Part shown: positions 38,554-50,679 of the stretch, piece by piece | Layout: each line of letters opens with the position of its first letter | How positions within the stretch are numbered: the first letter of the stretch is position 1 | DNA from: Octopus bimaculoides | Taxonomy: Eukaryota | Length of the DNA stretch: 64,000 bases | Assembly: GCF_001194135.2 (NCBI RefSeq) | Contig: NC_069001.1 | Span: 39,295,211-39,359,210, forward strand | Reading direction: 5' to 3' | The notes under the pieces: model-generated | What the model was told of the DNA's origin: nothing | The model's database searches: none | The model's input: only the letters and a program-made list of their open reading frames with translations | Position numbers and translations under genes: made by a program

Positions 38554-39959
38554 NNNNNNNNNNNNNNNNNNNNNNNNNNNNNNNNNNNNNNNNNNNNNNN
38601 NNNNNNNNNNNNNNNNNNNNNNNNNNNNNNNNNNNNNNNNNNNNNNNNNNNNNNNNNNNNNNNNNNNNNNNNNNNNNNNNNNNNNNNNNNNNNNNNNNNN
38701 NNNNNNNNNNNNNNNNNNNNNNNNNNNNNNNNNNNNNNNNNNNNNNNNNNNNNNNNNNNNNNNNNNNNNNNNNNNNNNNNNNNNNNNNNNNNNNNNNNNN
38801 NNNNNNNNNNNNNNNNNNNNNNNNNNNNNNNNNNNNNNNNNNNNNNNNNNNNNNNNNNNNNNNNNNNNNNNNNNNNNNNNNNNNNNNNNNNNNNNNNNNN
38901 NNNNNNNNNNNNNNNNNNNNNNNNNNNNNNNNNNNNNNNNNNNNNNNNNNNNNNNNNNNNNNNNNNNNNNNNNNNNNNNNNNNNNNNNNNNNNNNNNNNN
39001 NNNNNNNNNNNNNNNNNNNNNNNNNNNNNNNNNNNNNNNNNNNNNNNNNNNNNNNNNNNNNNNNNNNNNNNNNNNNNNNNNNNNNNNNNNNNNNNNNNNN
39101 NNNNNNNNNNNNNNNNNNNNNNNNNNNNNNNNNNNNNNNNNNNNNNNNNNNNNCGTCAATCAAGTTGCTTTTTTTTGTTGTTCTCTTTAATCATTCATTA
39201 AAAACATTCCCTCTTTTATCTTTTTGTTATAGTTTCATCTCCAACGCTTCTCATTTTTCTTTTTCCTGTTGTTCCTCTTTTTCTTCTTCCTCTTCTCCCC
39301 TCCATCCCTTCCTACTCTGCTCTGCCCTCTTCCTTTTCTCACTTTTTCCTTTCCTACCTTACTATTTATATTTTTCTCTCTCCCATATCCCACATTGCAA
39401 TACCTCCTCCTCCTTCACCTTGACCTCCTGCTTCCACCTTACTTTACACCTCCCTCCCCTTGTCAATCTAATCCACATCAAACTCCCCTACCATTACCAC
39501 GATCCCTCCCCCAGGCCCTTCCTCCCCTTTTCCCCATCTCCTCTCACTACACCCTCTCGTTGTGATCTGCCACACACACACACACACACACACGTTATCA
39601 TCTGTTCCATTCATATGAAATCAATAGCGCACTCACCTCAACTCTCATCATGTTTTATTCTCGTACAGATTTCATAATGAAATATACTCATAAATCCACT
39701 TGCATAATCCAATACGCTCGACTGCTGCTGCTGCTGCTGCTATTGATGCTGCTGGTGCTCCTCCTCATCCTTCCCTCCCACCACTACTACTGTCTCTGCG
39801 TGCGTGTATATGTATGTGTATATACATACATATCTGCATATATTTATTTGTATACATCCATATATGCCAAAATCGTTTTCAATATGACGAATGCCAACGG
39901 TGTTGCCACCTTGATCCTCTTCACGAATGGACACTGGGCAGCGGTTCTTATACTCGGGA

Positions 39960-40230
39960 AACAGTGAAAGCGTCAAAAGCTGGAATCCTTGGAACTACTT
40001 CACCGACAATGACGTCACTAACTTGTATTATGTTGAGAGTGAGAAAGATCACAATGTGCAAGAAAATCAGACTACTGCGTACACTGGTCCCTTAAATCGG
40101 TCTCTATGAACGCCTGACTTGGAGTCTCACTTGACAAATACAGCAAAAGTTAGAGGTATTGGAAATATGTTGTTTGTGCAGCATCTTATTCGTCTCATAC
40201 TCGGCCGATATCGTGAATAAACACCAAACA
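39960..40230 (+). mobile_element. RTE-clade LINE fragment, decayed
   Basis: KIRLLRTLVP*IGLYERLTWSLT*QIQQKLEVLEICCLCSILFVSYSADIVN matches the RTE K.RL.R.LV..I.LY..E.W pattern. Confidence 0.65.
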
Positions 40231-43200
40231 TCTCATTGTTGAAGAATTAGGGACCTCAATTTGTCAAAAGCTAAGCCTTAATCATCTCCATCATTTCTCT
40301 TTCCACATACACTTCTCTGAAATCTGGGCAGACAATAAATGTAGACGGTAGTGGAACCTCTCAGCAAACAGGGACACGCAGTCATTAGTGAGAATTCGAT
40401 TTAGAGATGAAATCGAATGACTTGGAAAAACCAACACAATTATTAACTCCATGTGATAGGAAGATGACAGCTGGTACAATCCGCCATACAATATGACTGT
40501 TATCCACTCGTTGTTAAAAGCAATTTGCTGCAACAAAAGTAAATACAAGTTCTTTAATAAAGCAGCATAAAGGTAAACTATAGCGACGAATTGTCTAAAA
40601 TTCTAAATCTCTCAGCAGATTTGAAAATTGAAATACTTCGCTGTCTTTGCATGAATATATTCTCTCGTACCCCATGAGAAATGCCTATGGAAAGAGCTTT
40701 GATTTAAAGTTACAAAAACAAGTTTAACAGGAAAGGCAACATTATAAGTGTTAAGAGAGAAAAATCATCAAAAGCAGGAATGATGTGAATATCAGCTTTT
40801 GATGTTTTGGCTTTTCAAACATAAGAATCAACTGAAAATCAGCGTCTATACATTTGGAATCTTAAAGTAAAAGGAAGTTACAGCGCTCTGATGAAATAGA
40901 ATATTGTCCAGTAAGGTGTGGACTAAATAAAACTCAATAAACTGAGGAACCGAGCTGCTCAAGAAACAAACGAAAAAAAACCCAGCATAATTAATATAAT
41001 TTGTCTTGATTAATTTCCTTTTGATTTTAAATTTATCAAATTCCCTGAAGCAACCTAAAAGCAATAATGTATGTCGAAAGAATTAACTTGTGTTTTAGGG
41101 TCACTTGTTTATTGTGTCTTATTGGAATGCATCACTTATCAACGTTTTCTATGACTGAATTATTGGGTGTCCTTGCTTGCATCGCTTTGGCGCCACACTT
41201 AAGAGGACAGTTATGTAACAAGATTATCATTAAATGAAGTAAAGTTATGACTGGTCTTATTTATGTTATGACTAAATCTATAAGTGTTATAGCAAAACTA
41301 TGTAAATGCTGTAATGTTACGATTAACTGAACAGTGTTCTGTGGTTAACTCAACTAAATCTACGACTGAGTATACCATGGTTATTACAATCCTTATGTTA
41401 TGATGAAACGTACCAAAACTTATGTCTAAGAATACCAAGACGATAGGGGAATCTGCCTCCCGAATGCTGCAGGTGATGTACAAAACTCGATAATTCTTGT
41501 GATGCGTTTGTAATTGTAAGTTAAATGAAAGTGGAATTCATTTTAGATAGAAACGAAAGAAAATAATCGATGAAATAGAAAAAAAGTAAAAACTGTGCAG
41601 TTGATGACAATTTGTAGAAGAGTGGTCCAGGTAGTAATCTGTTTAAAGTGTCAGTCTCTTATCTGACAAATCCGGAATTTTTATCGTAACACTGATGGTC
41701 TTGTGTGTTGTGAACCTGTTATTAGATCAGAAGAAGTTATCGATCAGATAAAGACGGAGAGCAAGTAAAAGCAATGAACAGGAAAAAAAAGATAGAAAGG
41801 AATGATGAAGAGGAGGGGGATGAGAGTTAAGGTTAAGTGTAAATGGAGGTCAGAAGAAGTAGCCAATACCAAGAACAAATCAAATAAGATTGAAACAGAA
41901 TTATCCTTTTTAGAAGACAATTGAATTAGGTTTTACAATGAATTTAGTGTGACGCCATGCAGATTGCTTGAACACGTTGCGCTCCGCAACGCAACAAAAT
42001 GGAAGGAGAGAAAGAAAAGGGCATTGAAAGTAAAGCAAGATCTGATTATTTAGGGTTATTTAGCAAATATTATAATAGTAAGGGGCGGCATTAGGGGAGT
42101 CGTGGCACAATAAGACAAAACGCCACAGGTTCAAATCTTAAGTGTTAGAGAGAAAACAGTTGTTCCTATTGGTCAACTGCATTGTTACTTAATTATTATT
42201 CTCTTAATATGATAGTTTGGTCAGAAGGGAAGGATAATCTATATTTCAGGGTTTCCCTCGCAGGTGAAAGGAGAGGAGATTCATGTGATTCCACCAGAAA
42301 GTTGGTCTGGATACATGCAAGAAATTGAATTTCATTAATGTTACCCGAGATTGGGGCGGCGGTGTTAAACAGGGTCTCAGATTAAATGTGGCGTTCAATA
42401 ACAGAAAAAAACATTATTAGTAAATGCTTCATTGAAGAGATTAACAATTAAATCTATAATAGATACACACAATGTAAGAGAAAGAGGCAGGAGATCACTC
42501 AGTACAGTCAACGTAACAGGGATCTATGACAGGCTTGTATTACTGGATAAGGGCTATGTTAGCGGGAGGTATGGCATCCCTATATTACGAGATACAAACT
42601 ATGCAAAAGGGAGTTGTGGTATTTTAGTTGAACTCCATGATTATAATTTACAACAACTATTTGTGCTAGCAAATATATTAAACACTGCATTGTGGTTTTT
42701 CATAAATAGAATTCATTCTGTCTCTTACTGCGAAGAATATATCCTACAAGCTTATACATACAAACATAATATATGCATGCATATATTCATATATGCATAC
42801 CTACATGTATGCATGCATGCATACATACATGTTTGTATGTTCGTATCAATATACGTATATATTATCTATATCATCCTTGGCATGTACACACCACCATCTC
42901 AAAGAAAAGTGTCTGTGATACCGATATCAAATCTTATTTATTATTACTCGACACCAATATATTTAGTCAAGTAAAAACCACGGCTGTCGACTCATCCAAA
43001 CAAATGCACTCTTCTATTTTAGTGTTTAGATCATTGTCTTGTATTAAAATAACGTATAGCGATATTTTTGTGATATCAATATTTTGGTTGCGTATCCGTA
43101 CTTTTAACTATTTAATATGCTCTGGGATTTAGCAAAAAAAAGTAATTGTCTGTTGGGGAATCATTGTAATATTGGTTAAATTCGTTTCTTTATTTTTCTG

Positions 43201-43480
43201 CTGCTCGTTGTTCCACAAAGTGACAGCAGACAAACATATGCCAATCGAGAGCTCAGTGATTAATATGTCTTGGTCTTTATGAGGCAGAACGTTAAATGGT
43301 TATTTTTATGCAGTTTCAGACACCCGGGTTTATTATACATGCACTTATGTTAGAAATTATTATATATATATATACACACTGACTTGGTCATGACTCAGAG
43401 ACCAACAGTTACCAACATCTCGTCGGTTTGTGTTCTAGTATTGTAGGAGAGTAATGCCTTTACGCTTATTTACAAGATTT

Positions 43481-43605
<125 letters not shown>

Positions 43606-43764
43606 ATGATAGTCTCTGTTAGTCTGAGAAAGACGGTTTTGCAATTTCTTGCTAAACAACCTGCACAAATAGTTTTGTCTAATGTGATTAAATCTACATT
43701 GTCTCATTTTCTTCATCAAATCGACGTTGTCTGAACAAGTGAAAGCTGTACCACACGTCAGGTG

Positions 43765-44020
43765 TCGAAATGAAGTGTTTTTGTTTTCTGTTCAAGAACA
43801 CAACGCACCACAGAGTTTGGCAATTGAACCCACGATCTCGCGATCGATTGCACAATAGAGCTAACCGTTCAAGAACACCACAACATCAGCCTTTCATCCG
43901 GTTTCCATCGACTAAATTTCAACCCTAGCCCATTGACCGAAACGAAGCGAAATTAGAAAGAGCTGTGTAGTGGAATTGAACCAGAAAATCCATATTTGTG
44001 AGATGAGCTTTTCAACCACG
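43765..44020 (-). mobile_element. Adjacent degenerate SINE fragments (family C head 43765-43870, family B head 43886-44020)
   Basis: ttcaagaacacaacgc..attgaacccacgatc and ctttcatccggtttcc..gtggaattgaacc. Confidence 0.5.
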
Positions 44021-44160
44021 CGTTCATACCTTTTTTGACCTCTTGGTATTTAAAACTTGATTTGACCTCGATTAGATTCGATCTCAAAATGTCATATCAT
44101 GAACTTCACTGGTTTTATTTAAACCAAATCTGTCTCCTATGCGTTGAACATGGTGATGGC

Positions 44161-44455
44161 TGGGCACTCCGTCGGTTACGGCGACGAGGAATATTCCAGT
44201 TGATCCAATTAACGAAACAACTTGTTCGTGAAATTAACATGTAAGTGGCTGAGTACTCCATAGACACGTGCACCCATAACATAGTTCTCAGGGAGATTCG
44301 GTGTGACACAGAATGTGACAAGAGCGGTCATTTGAATTACAGGTACAATTTATTTTTACCAGCTGAGTGGACTGGAGCAATGAGAAATGGAGCATCTTGC
44401 TCAAGGATACAACGTGATACCGAGAATCATACGGCCTTACGATCGCGAGCCACAA
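44161..44455 (-). mobile_element. CORE-like SINE, family C
   Basis: cactccgtcggttacg...gtgacaag...tcttgctcaagga.acaac...ccttacgatcg; homologous to 20614-20909. Confidence 0.8.
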
Positions 44456-44574
44456 AAGCGACACCTATGCACACACAGTGACATAGAAATGGCTTCTGTG
44501 AGGGCAAGGAGTAATTTGTGCCCGTGTCTACAATATTGTGCCGCACTGGGATATTGCAAGCGATCGATTAAGTA

Positions 44575-44760
44575 AAAACAGCAGGCAAATCTTTGTCAAG
44601 CCACATCTTGCTGATTTACCGAAAAGAAAGAACCATTAGATAATGTAATCCATGACTGATTTGTTTTGAAGATGAAAAGACTAGATGGTCACAGCTGGAC
44701 CGGCTTTGATCGTAGATCTGTTTGATCAGCGTTGGTCTGGGAGGGAATAAAAACGATTAC
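44575..44760 (-). mobile_element. Family D repeat copy
   Basis: agcaggcaaatct...attagataatgta...gatggtcacagctgga...tttgatc resembles 48820-49150. Confidence 0.5.
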
Positions 44761-45339
44761 AAGAACAACAATAGCAACAACGAAAGCAAACAACAAAAAC
44801 AACACAACAAAACCAACAGCAGCAACAACAACAGATATATGTAATTATCGGTGGGTGATCGAGCACGTACTTTAACGTGTCAAAAGAACATTTACTGTGT
44901 ATTGTTTACCTCGAGAACTTCAAAGGCAGTCGTGATTGATTTTCTTTTCATCGTTCAGTGTTCGATAAAACCAGTAGCAAAAATATTAAGGACAAAGTGA
45001 ATTAACTGTACCTCACCATATTTTCCATTCAGCACAACTAGGTCACCTGCTTTTACACTCTAAACTCATTATGTATATATATATACGGCTATAAACGACA
45101 GAGTTGGGCGATTAAACCTATTTCCTTTCGCAACAATACGGTTCCGCGTTCCATCTCATTCCTCAGTATCTTAGGTTCTTATTTCCTACCAAAACCTGAC
45201 ACTAAAATTGGAAACTGTGACGAAGCCTGCTCTCAGAAGGAATATCCTTCATATTTGGGTTAGAAGACTTAATCAGTTGCTATTTATTACACTATATTCT
45301 AATCTGTAAATAGTTTTAACAATGACCACTCGGTGGTCA

Positions 45340-45442
45340 GTAATCGGATCAAAACTTTGGCCAGAGGGCACATTCCGACCATTTTGTCACAAATACTGAA
45401 AATCCTGAAAAAGTTGGAAGGCACTGATTCCCTCCCCTGGAT
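45340..45442. mobile_element. Possible small hAT-type remnant
   Basis: caaaactttggccagagggcacatt resembles hAT/Charlie termini, and the segment ends in cccctg. Weak. Confidence 0.25.
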
Positions 45443-46554
45443 CAATAAAAAAATTATCGAGACGTATATTAGGAACAAGATATTTCGTTAAAGCATATTT
45501 TTAAGAAAGCTAAGTCATCCGCATTTCTAAGAAAGACGAGATATATTTCGAATGTAGAATGCGTTGAATTTATTATTTTAGGAAAATCACACTGGTTTCA
45601 CTTCTTGATACTTCATCGGAAATCTGGATAAACTTGCAATAAATATTTACTGAAGTGATTCCGCACATTATAGATGTTGTGCGTATTAAATATGTTGCTA
45701 TTTACATGAATAACTTGATCAAATATTGATCTTATTTACTTAAATATCTGAAATAAATTATTTTTAAAGCAAATATGTTCGGTCTATTAACGTCAGCTTA
45801 AAAGATGAAGCATTTCTTTAAATGCGTTCTCTTTAATTGTTTTCAATATTTCGATGTTTTATCAACATATATGAAAAAATATAAGACATTCGACAACAGC
45901 TGGAGAAGAGACAGATCGAAACGTTGTGTAAATGTAAAAGAAAGTGTCATCTCTAAAGATATGTTTAATTACTCACGTTATCTTCATTTTTTATTCTTCC
46001 GAGTTGGCAAGATAAGAACCACATAATAAATAATTCAACACTACAAAGTTCTAGCGGTGTGTGTGTGTGTAAGAGGNNNNNNNNNNNNNNNNNNNNNNNN
46101 NNNNNNNNNNNNNNNNNNNNNNNNNNNNNNNNNNNNNNNNNNNNNNNNNNNNNNNNNNNNNNNNNNNNNNNNNNNNNNNNNNNNNNNNNNNNNNNNNNNN
46201 NNNNNNNNNNNNNNNNNNNNNNNNNNNNNNNNNNNNNNNNNNNNNNNNNNNNNNNNNNNNNNNNNNNNNNNNNNNNNNNNNNNNNNNNNNNNNNNNNNNN
46301 NNNNNNNNNNNNNNNNNNNNNNNNNNNNNNNNNNNNNNNNNNNNNNNNNNNNNNNNNNNNNNNNNNNNCACATGTTTTCTTTATTCAAAATTCGGACAGA
46401 ACTTATGGGATGACCTGATAAAAGAAACTCGTCGCGCGCACACACGCACACACACACACACATATATGTATGTATATATGTATGTAGATGTGTGTGAATG
46501 TATGTATGTATATATGAGTGTGTGTATGCATGTATATATTTATGAGTGTGTCAT

Positions 46555-46757
46555 TGTGTCTATGTTAGTCCCCACCATCGCTTGACAAACGATGCTCGTG
46601 TGTTTACGTCCCCGTACTCTAGCAGTTCGGCATAACAGATCGATAGAATAAATACTAGGCTTTCAAAGAATAAGTCCTCGGTTCGATTTCCTCGGCTAAA
46701 CAACATGTAAGGTGGTGCTCCAGCATGGTCACAGTCAAAGGATTGACACAAGTAAAA
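46555..46757 (+). mobile_element. SINE family B, 3' half
   Basis: gtccccaccatcgcttgacaaacgatgct..gtgtgtttacgtcccc..aagaataagtcc..ggtgctccagcatgg; homologous to 21080-21278. Confidence 0.8.
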
Positions 46758-46869
46758 ATTTTATGTAAAAGAATATATAGAATATATAGAATATAATACA
46801 GACGTACATGCACAGAAACGATTGTTGAGATAAGTGATTAAAGCCTGTTTATTCCATTTCTCGATTCGC

Positions 46870-46917
<48 letters not shown>

Positions 46918-47238
46918 TCACACTCGTATGGGTGTAGGTGTGCTATGCGTGTGTGGTATATTATCTTTATTTCTCTTGAGATATCTTTTTTGACGAAACA
47001 CCCTGCATATTGTAAAAAAAGAAAGCTGAACGCATCATGTACATGAATGTGTATATATGTAATCATGTATGTATATGTGTGTGTATATATACATGCGTAC
47101 ATACATGTATGTATATATTCGTTCACACATATGTATATGTGCATGCATATATATATATATATATACATGCATACACACACACACACATATATACACATAC
47201 CTATATCTGCATATAGATAGGCATTCATATATGGACAT

Positions 47239-47284
<46 letters not shown>

Positions 47285-47358
47285 CTNNNNNNNNNNNNNN
47301 NNNNNNNNNNNNNNNNNNNNNNNNNNNNNNNNNNNNNNNNNNNNNNNNNNNNNNNNNN

Positions 47359-47408
<50 letters not shown>

Positions 47409-48819
47409 ACATATGTGTGTGTGTGTGTGAGAGAGAGAGACAGAGACAGAGGAAAGATATAAAGAGGGACAGATAGACATATACTGAGAGACATAAACAT
47501 ACACTCACAAATATACACACTCACATACACACACACACACACACAAACACAACAGGAACTCGAGTCTTCGCCAAAAAACAAAAATAATGCTGAAACTAAA
47601 AAATAAAAACACAAATGAAAGGCAAAAGAAAAAGCAGAACCCCCCCTCTCCTAAGCCAACAGCGAAAGCAGATTAGTATCAACATATATTCAGGTATACA
47701 ACTGATGTATGACAAAGGATAAGTATTATAAAACCTACATATATATATATATAAATATTAGAAAAAGCATTATGTTTAATTTTCTCCATCTTGGCTAAGT
47801 GAATGTATCATTATTGATTTTTAGTCGCCATTTTCATAGAACAGTCTTCTTTCAAAATGTGACCATCTGCATAATGAACGCCAACAAGAACAATAACAAC
47901 ATCAACAACGGTACAACAACAAAATAACAATAATAAAAAAAGGATAATAATGAATATATCCTTTTGTCAAACGACAATGGAAGGGAAAATTCATGAAATA
48001 TAATAATGCACAACTAAGTATTCATGAAATGATGATGACTATGATGATAATGATGGTGGTGGTGGTGGTGGTAGTGGTGGTGGTGATGCTTTGGCAATCA
48101 TAATAATGATAATAATAAGGATAATAATAAGGATAATAATAAGGATAATACGGATGCTAAACAAATATTAAAATATTAATAGAAACTTTTAGAAATGGCG
48201 GACACGTTTTCACACTCAACGAAATAACAATGAAACGTTTCATAAAAAGAAAGGATACGCTTCACTTCTCCTATAACTACTTTTATTCCTCCCCCCCCTC
48301 CGCCTCATCATCATCATCACTCTTCTTCCAACACCGGTGTCCACACCTCCAACCAGACGAGGATCTGTTAGTATTGATGGCCGTGAGTCTGAAAACGACC
48401 AATCCCCAACAGAAACGGGCAGTTTCCTTTTTAAACCTCTTTGTGAGATAAAATACATGTAAAAAAAAAAATATATTTGCTTCAGCTTTGCAATCAAAGA
48501 AAAAGAAAATAATTATAAAAGAGTCATCGTTGTTGCATAAAATAGAGGAAACGGTTGTGTATAGAGTTTACTTCTGTATCCATCTGTTTACATTATACAA
48601 GATGCATTTGTGTGTAACAGAAGAGCATAAAAGAAATGAATGGCTTATAAAAAATGGTAACTTTTTGCAGAAGATCTTCACTTTGTATTCAACAGGGGCA
48701 CTAATAGCCCTCACAATCGTAGATCCATGTCGAATGTTCCCCTCTCTTTCTCTCTTCTGGTTCTACATAACCACTTAAATCGGCAACATCAACGCCAACA
48801 ATGTGACAGCAAGCTAACG

Positions 48820-49150
48820 AAAGAGCCTCTCACAGGGTCGTTCAACCTGCTAGAGAAGGCAACCAAATTCGCGTAAACCCCAGCCCCACGTTAAACAATA
48901 TGATCTTGCGTTCCATGGACACTGAAAAACGACGGGATGGCCACGGTAAGTTGGACATTGATCAAAGGATTTCTTGCTGGGTGCTGGCCAGACCTAAATA
49001 AGGGCTGTGGTAAACCGTTGTGTGTTACTACGTGGTTGCTAGCTCTACTTGACATAGCAGTCAAATCTTCCCTCCGTTATATCCTCCTGACTTTTAAAAC
49101 ACAAGGGATATGTTGTTTGAAGAGCGGGATGGTTACGGTTGGAACCCGTT
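48820..49150 (-). mobile_element. Two tandem family D repeat copies
   Basis: tcgttcaacctgctagagaaggcaaccaaatt and gctctacttgacatagcagtcaaatcttccctc, each followed by ggatgg(c/t)cacgg/ttacgg. Confidence 0.6.
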
Positions 49151-49582
49151 GATTAGTAGTGAGATCGATCAGCTTTGAGACGAAGCTGAACAACAACTGT
49201 GGTGATTGTGACAACACAGCTGTCGAGAGAGAGAGAGAGAGAGAAGCAATGCCGGGAGAAGGGATTTGCAGATTTTCTGAACTATTTTCAAGAGTAAATC
49301 AAAGAAGGAAGACAATGTCGTCTGTTTCGTTCCAATTTTAGTCGAGATTATGAATGTGATTAATTTTGGCTAAAAATTAGATTAGCCGAGATATTGCAAT
49401 GTTGCCGCTTCTTTATAACGTCATCGTAAATTTAGTTATTTGTACGTCTGTACCCGCACACACCGACACACATGTATGTATACTATAATGCATATACATA
49501 TATAAATACACGCACACACACATATATTGTGTGGAGTGATTCACGATTTGTGTCTTGTGTCACTTCGTTAGAAACATGAACG

Positions 49583-49690
49583 AGGTACTTGCAGAAATGT
49601 TGGCGCGTCGCATTAAGTGTCTTGCTGAGATCGAATTCTACCGGTAACAACTTTAAATTTCATCATCCTGGGACCGATAAATAAGCCAAC
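49583..49690 (+). mobile_element. Degenerate SINE family A copy
   Basis: cttgcagaaatgttggcgcgtcg..gaattctaccg..tttcatcatcctgggaccgataaataag. Confidence 0.45.
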
Positions 49691-50376
49691 AGTTAAGATA
49701 TGAGGGCGATTAACTTTCCCTCTCTCTCTCCTCTTTTTCTCTCTCTCTCTCTTCTCTTTCTCTCTCTCTCACTTTCCACTTACCCTCTCAAGTGCCTTGC
49801 ACTCTCTCTTTGTCTCTATCTTTTCCTTTCACTTATATCTCTTTCCCTGTCTTTCTCTTCCCTACCTCTTCCTCCCTTGCATCTCTTCTTTCTCTCTTTC
49901 TCTCTCCACATTACATCACCAGATGTGTCATGGCGGTATTCGTTTCATTAACTTCATCTTAATAATTATTCGACTTAATAAAATTCATGCTAAACTAGAC
50001 AGTAATTAACACAACCAACACATATTTACTCCAATAACATCATTATTTTGCAAATAATTATCTGTGGAGCAGTAATCTAGATCGTCTGCTACAGTCCGAT
50101 ATTTTGCCAATCTCTCATGAAACAGCTCTGACATATTTAATTGTTATCCTCTTCAGCAGAAAACACGGAACTGCATTAATCATGGCAGCAGTTGACATCA
50201 ATCTGCGGTTGTATTCCTGGATCATATTTTTTAAAACTATTTCTAAAATATTTTATGTAATCGTATGAAATGGTAAAAACCAGCAACAGACTGTTGTTAC
50301 TACTGCAAAGAAACAAATGTTGGGTTTTGTAATTAAAGCCTTTTCATTCCATTTTATTGGTTTAAAAATCTTTCTG

Positions 50377-50412
<36 letters not shown>

Positions 50413-50646
50413 ATAATTTGGGATGGCCATTTTTTTATTGGCAAATGAGCACACGCACTGTATATTCATTCATCTCTCGTTTATTATTGTTCTTATTTTA
50501 TGTTATGGCCATAATCTGGAAATCTATCTTTCGTCACACGCCAGTGATCTCTTCAGCGGTTCTATCTCACCAGTATTCGCCTGTTCTTGTTCGTCTATTC
50601 TATCATTCTATGACGTGTATCTTTATCTGTGCACATATTTCCATCA

Positions 50647-50679
<33 letters not shown>

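Noticed and set aside
41976-41992. Small hairpins such as cgttgcg-ctc-cgcaacg and attcgattt..aaatcgaat (about 40395-40420)
   Set aside because: Stems of 7-9 bp are expected by chance, and terminator or CRISPR interpretations do not apply to this eukaryotic DNA.
45893-45930. CTGGAGAAGAGACAGATCGAAACGTTG hammerhead-like motif
   Set aside because: The core is mutated, stem II has only 2 bp, and the stem I register is wrong.
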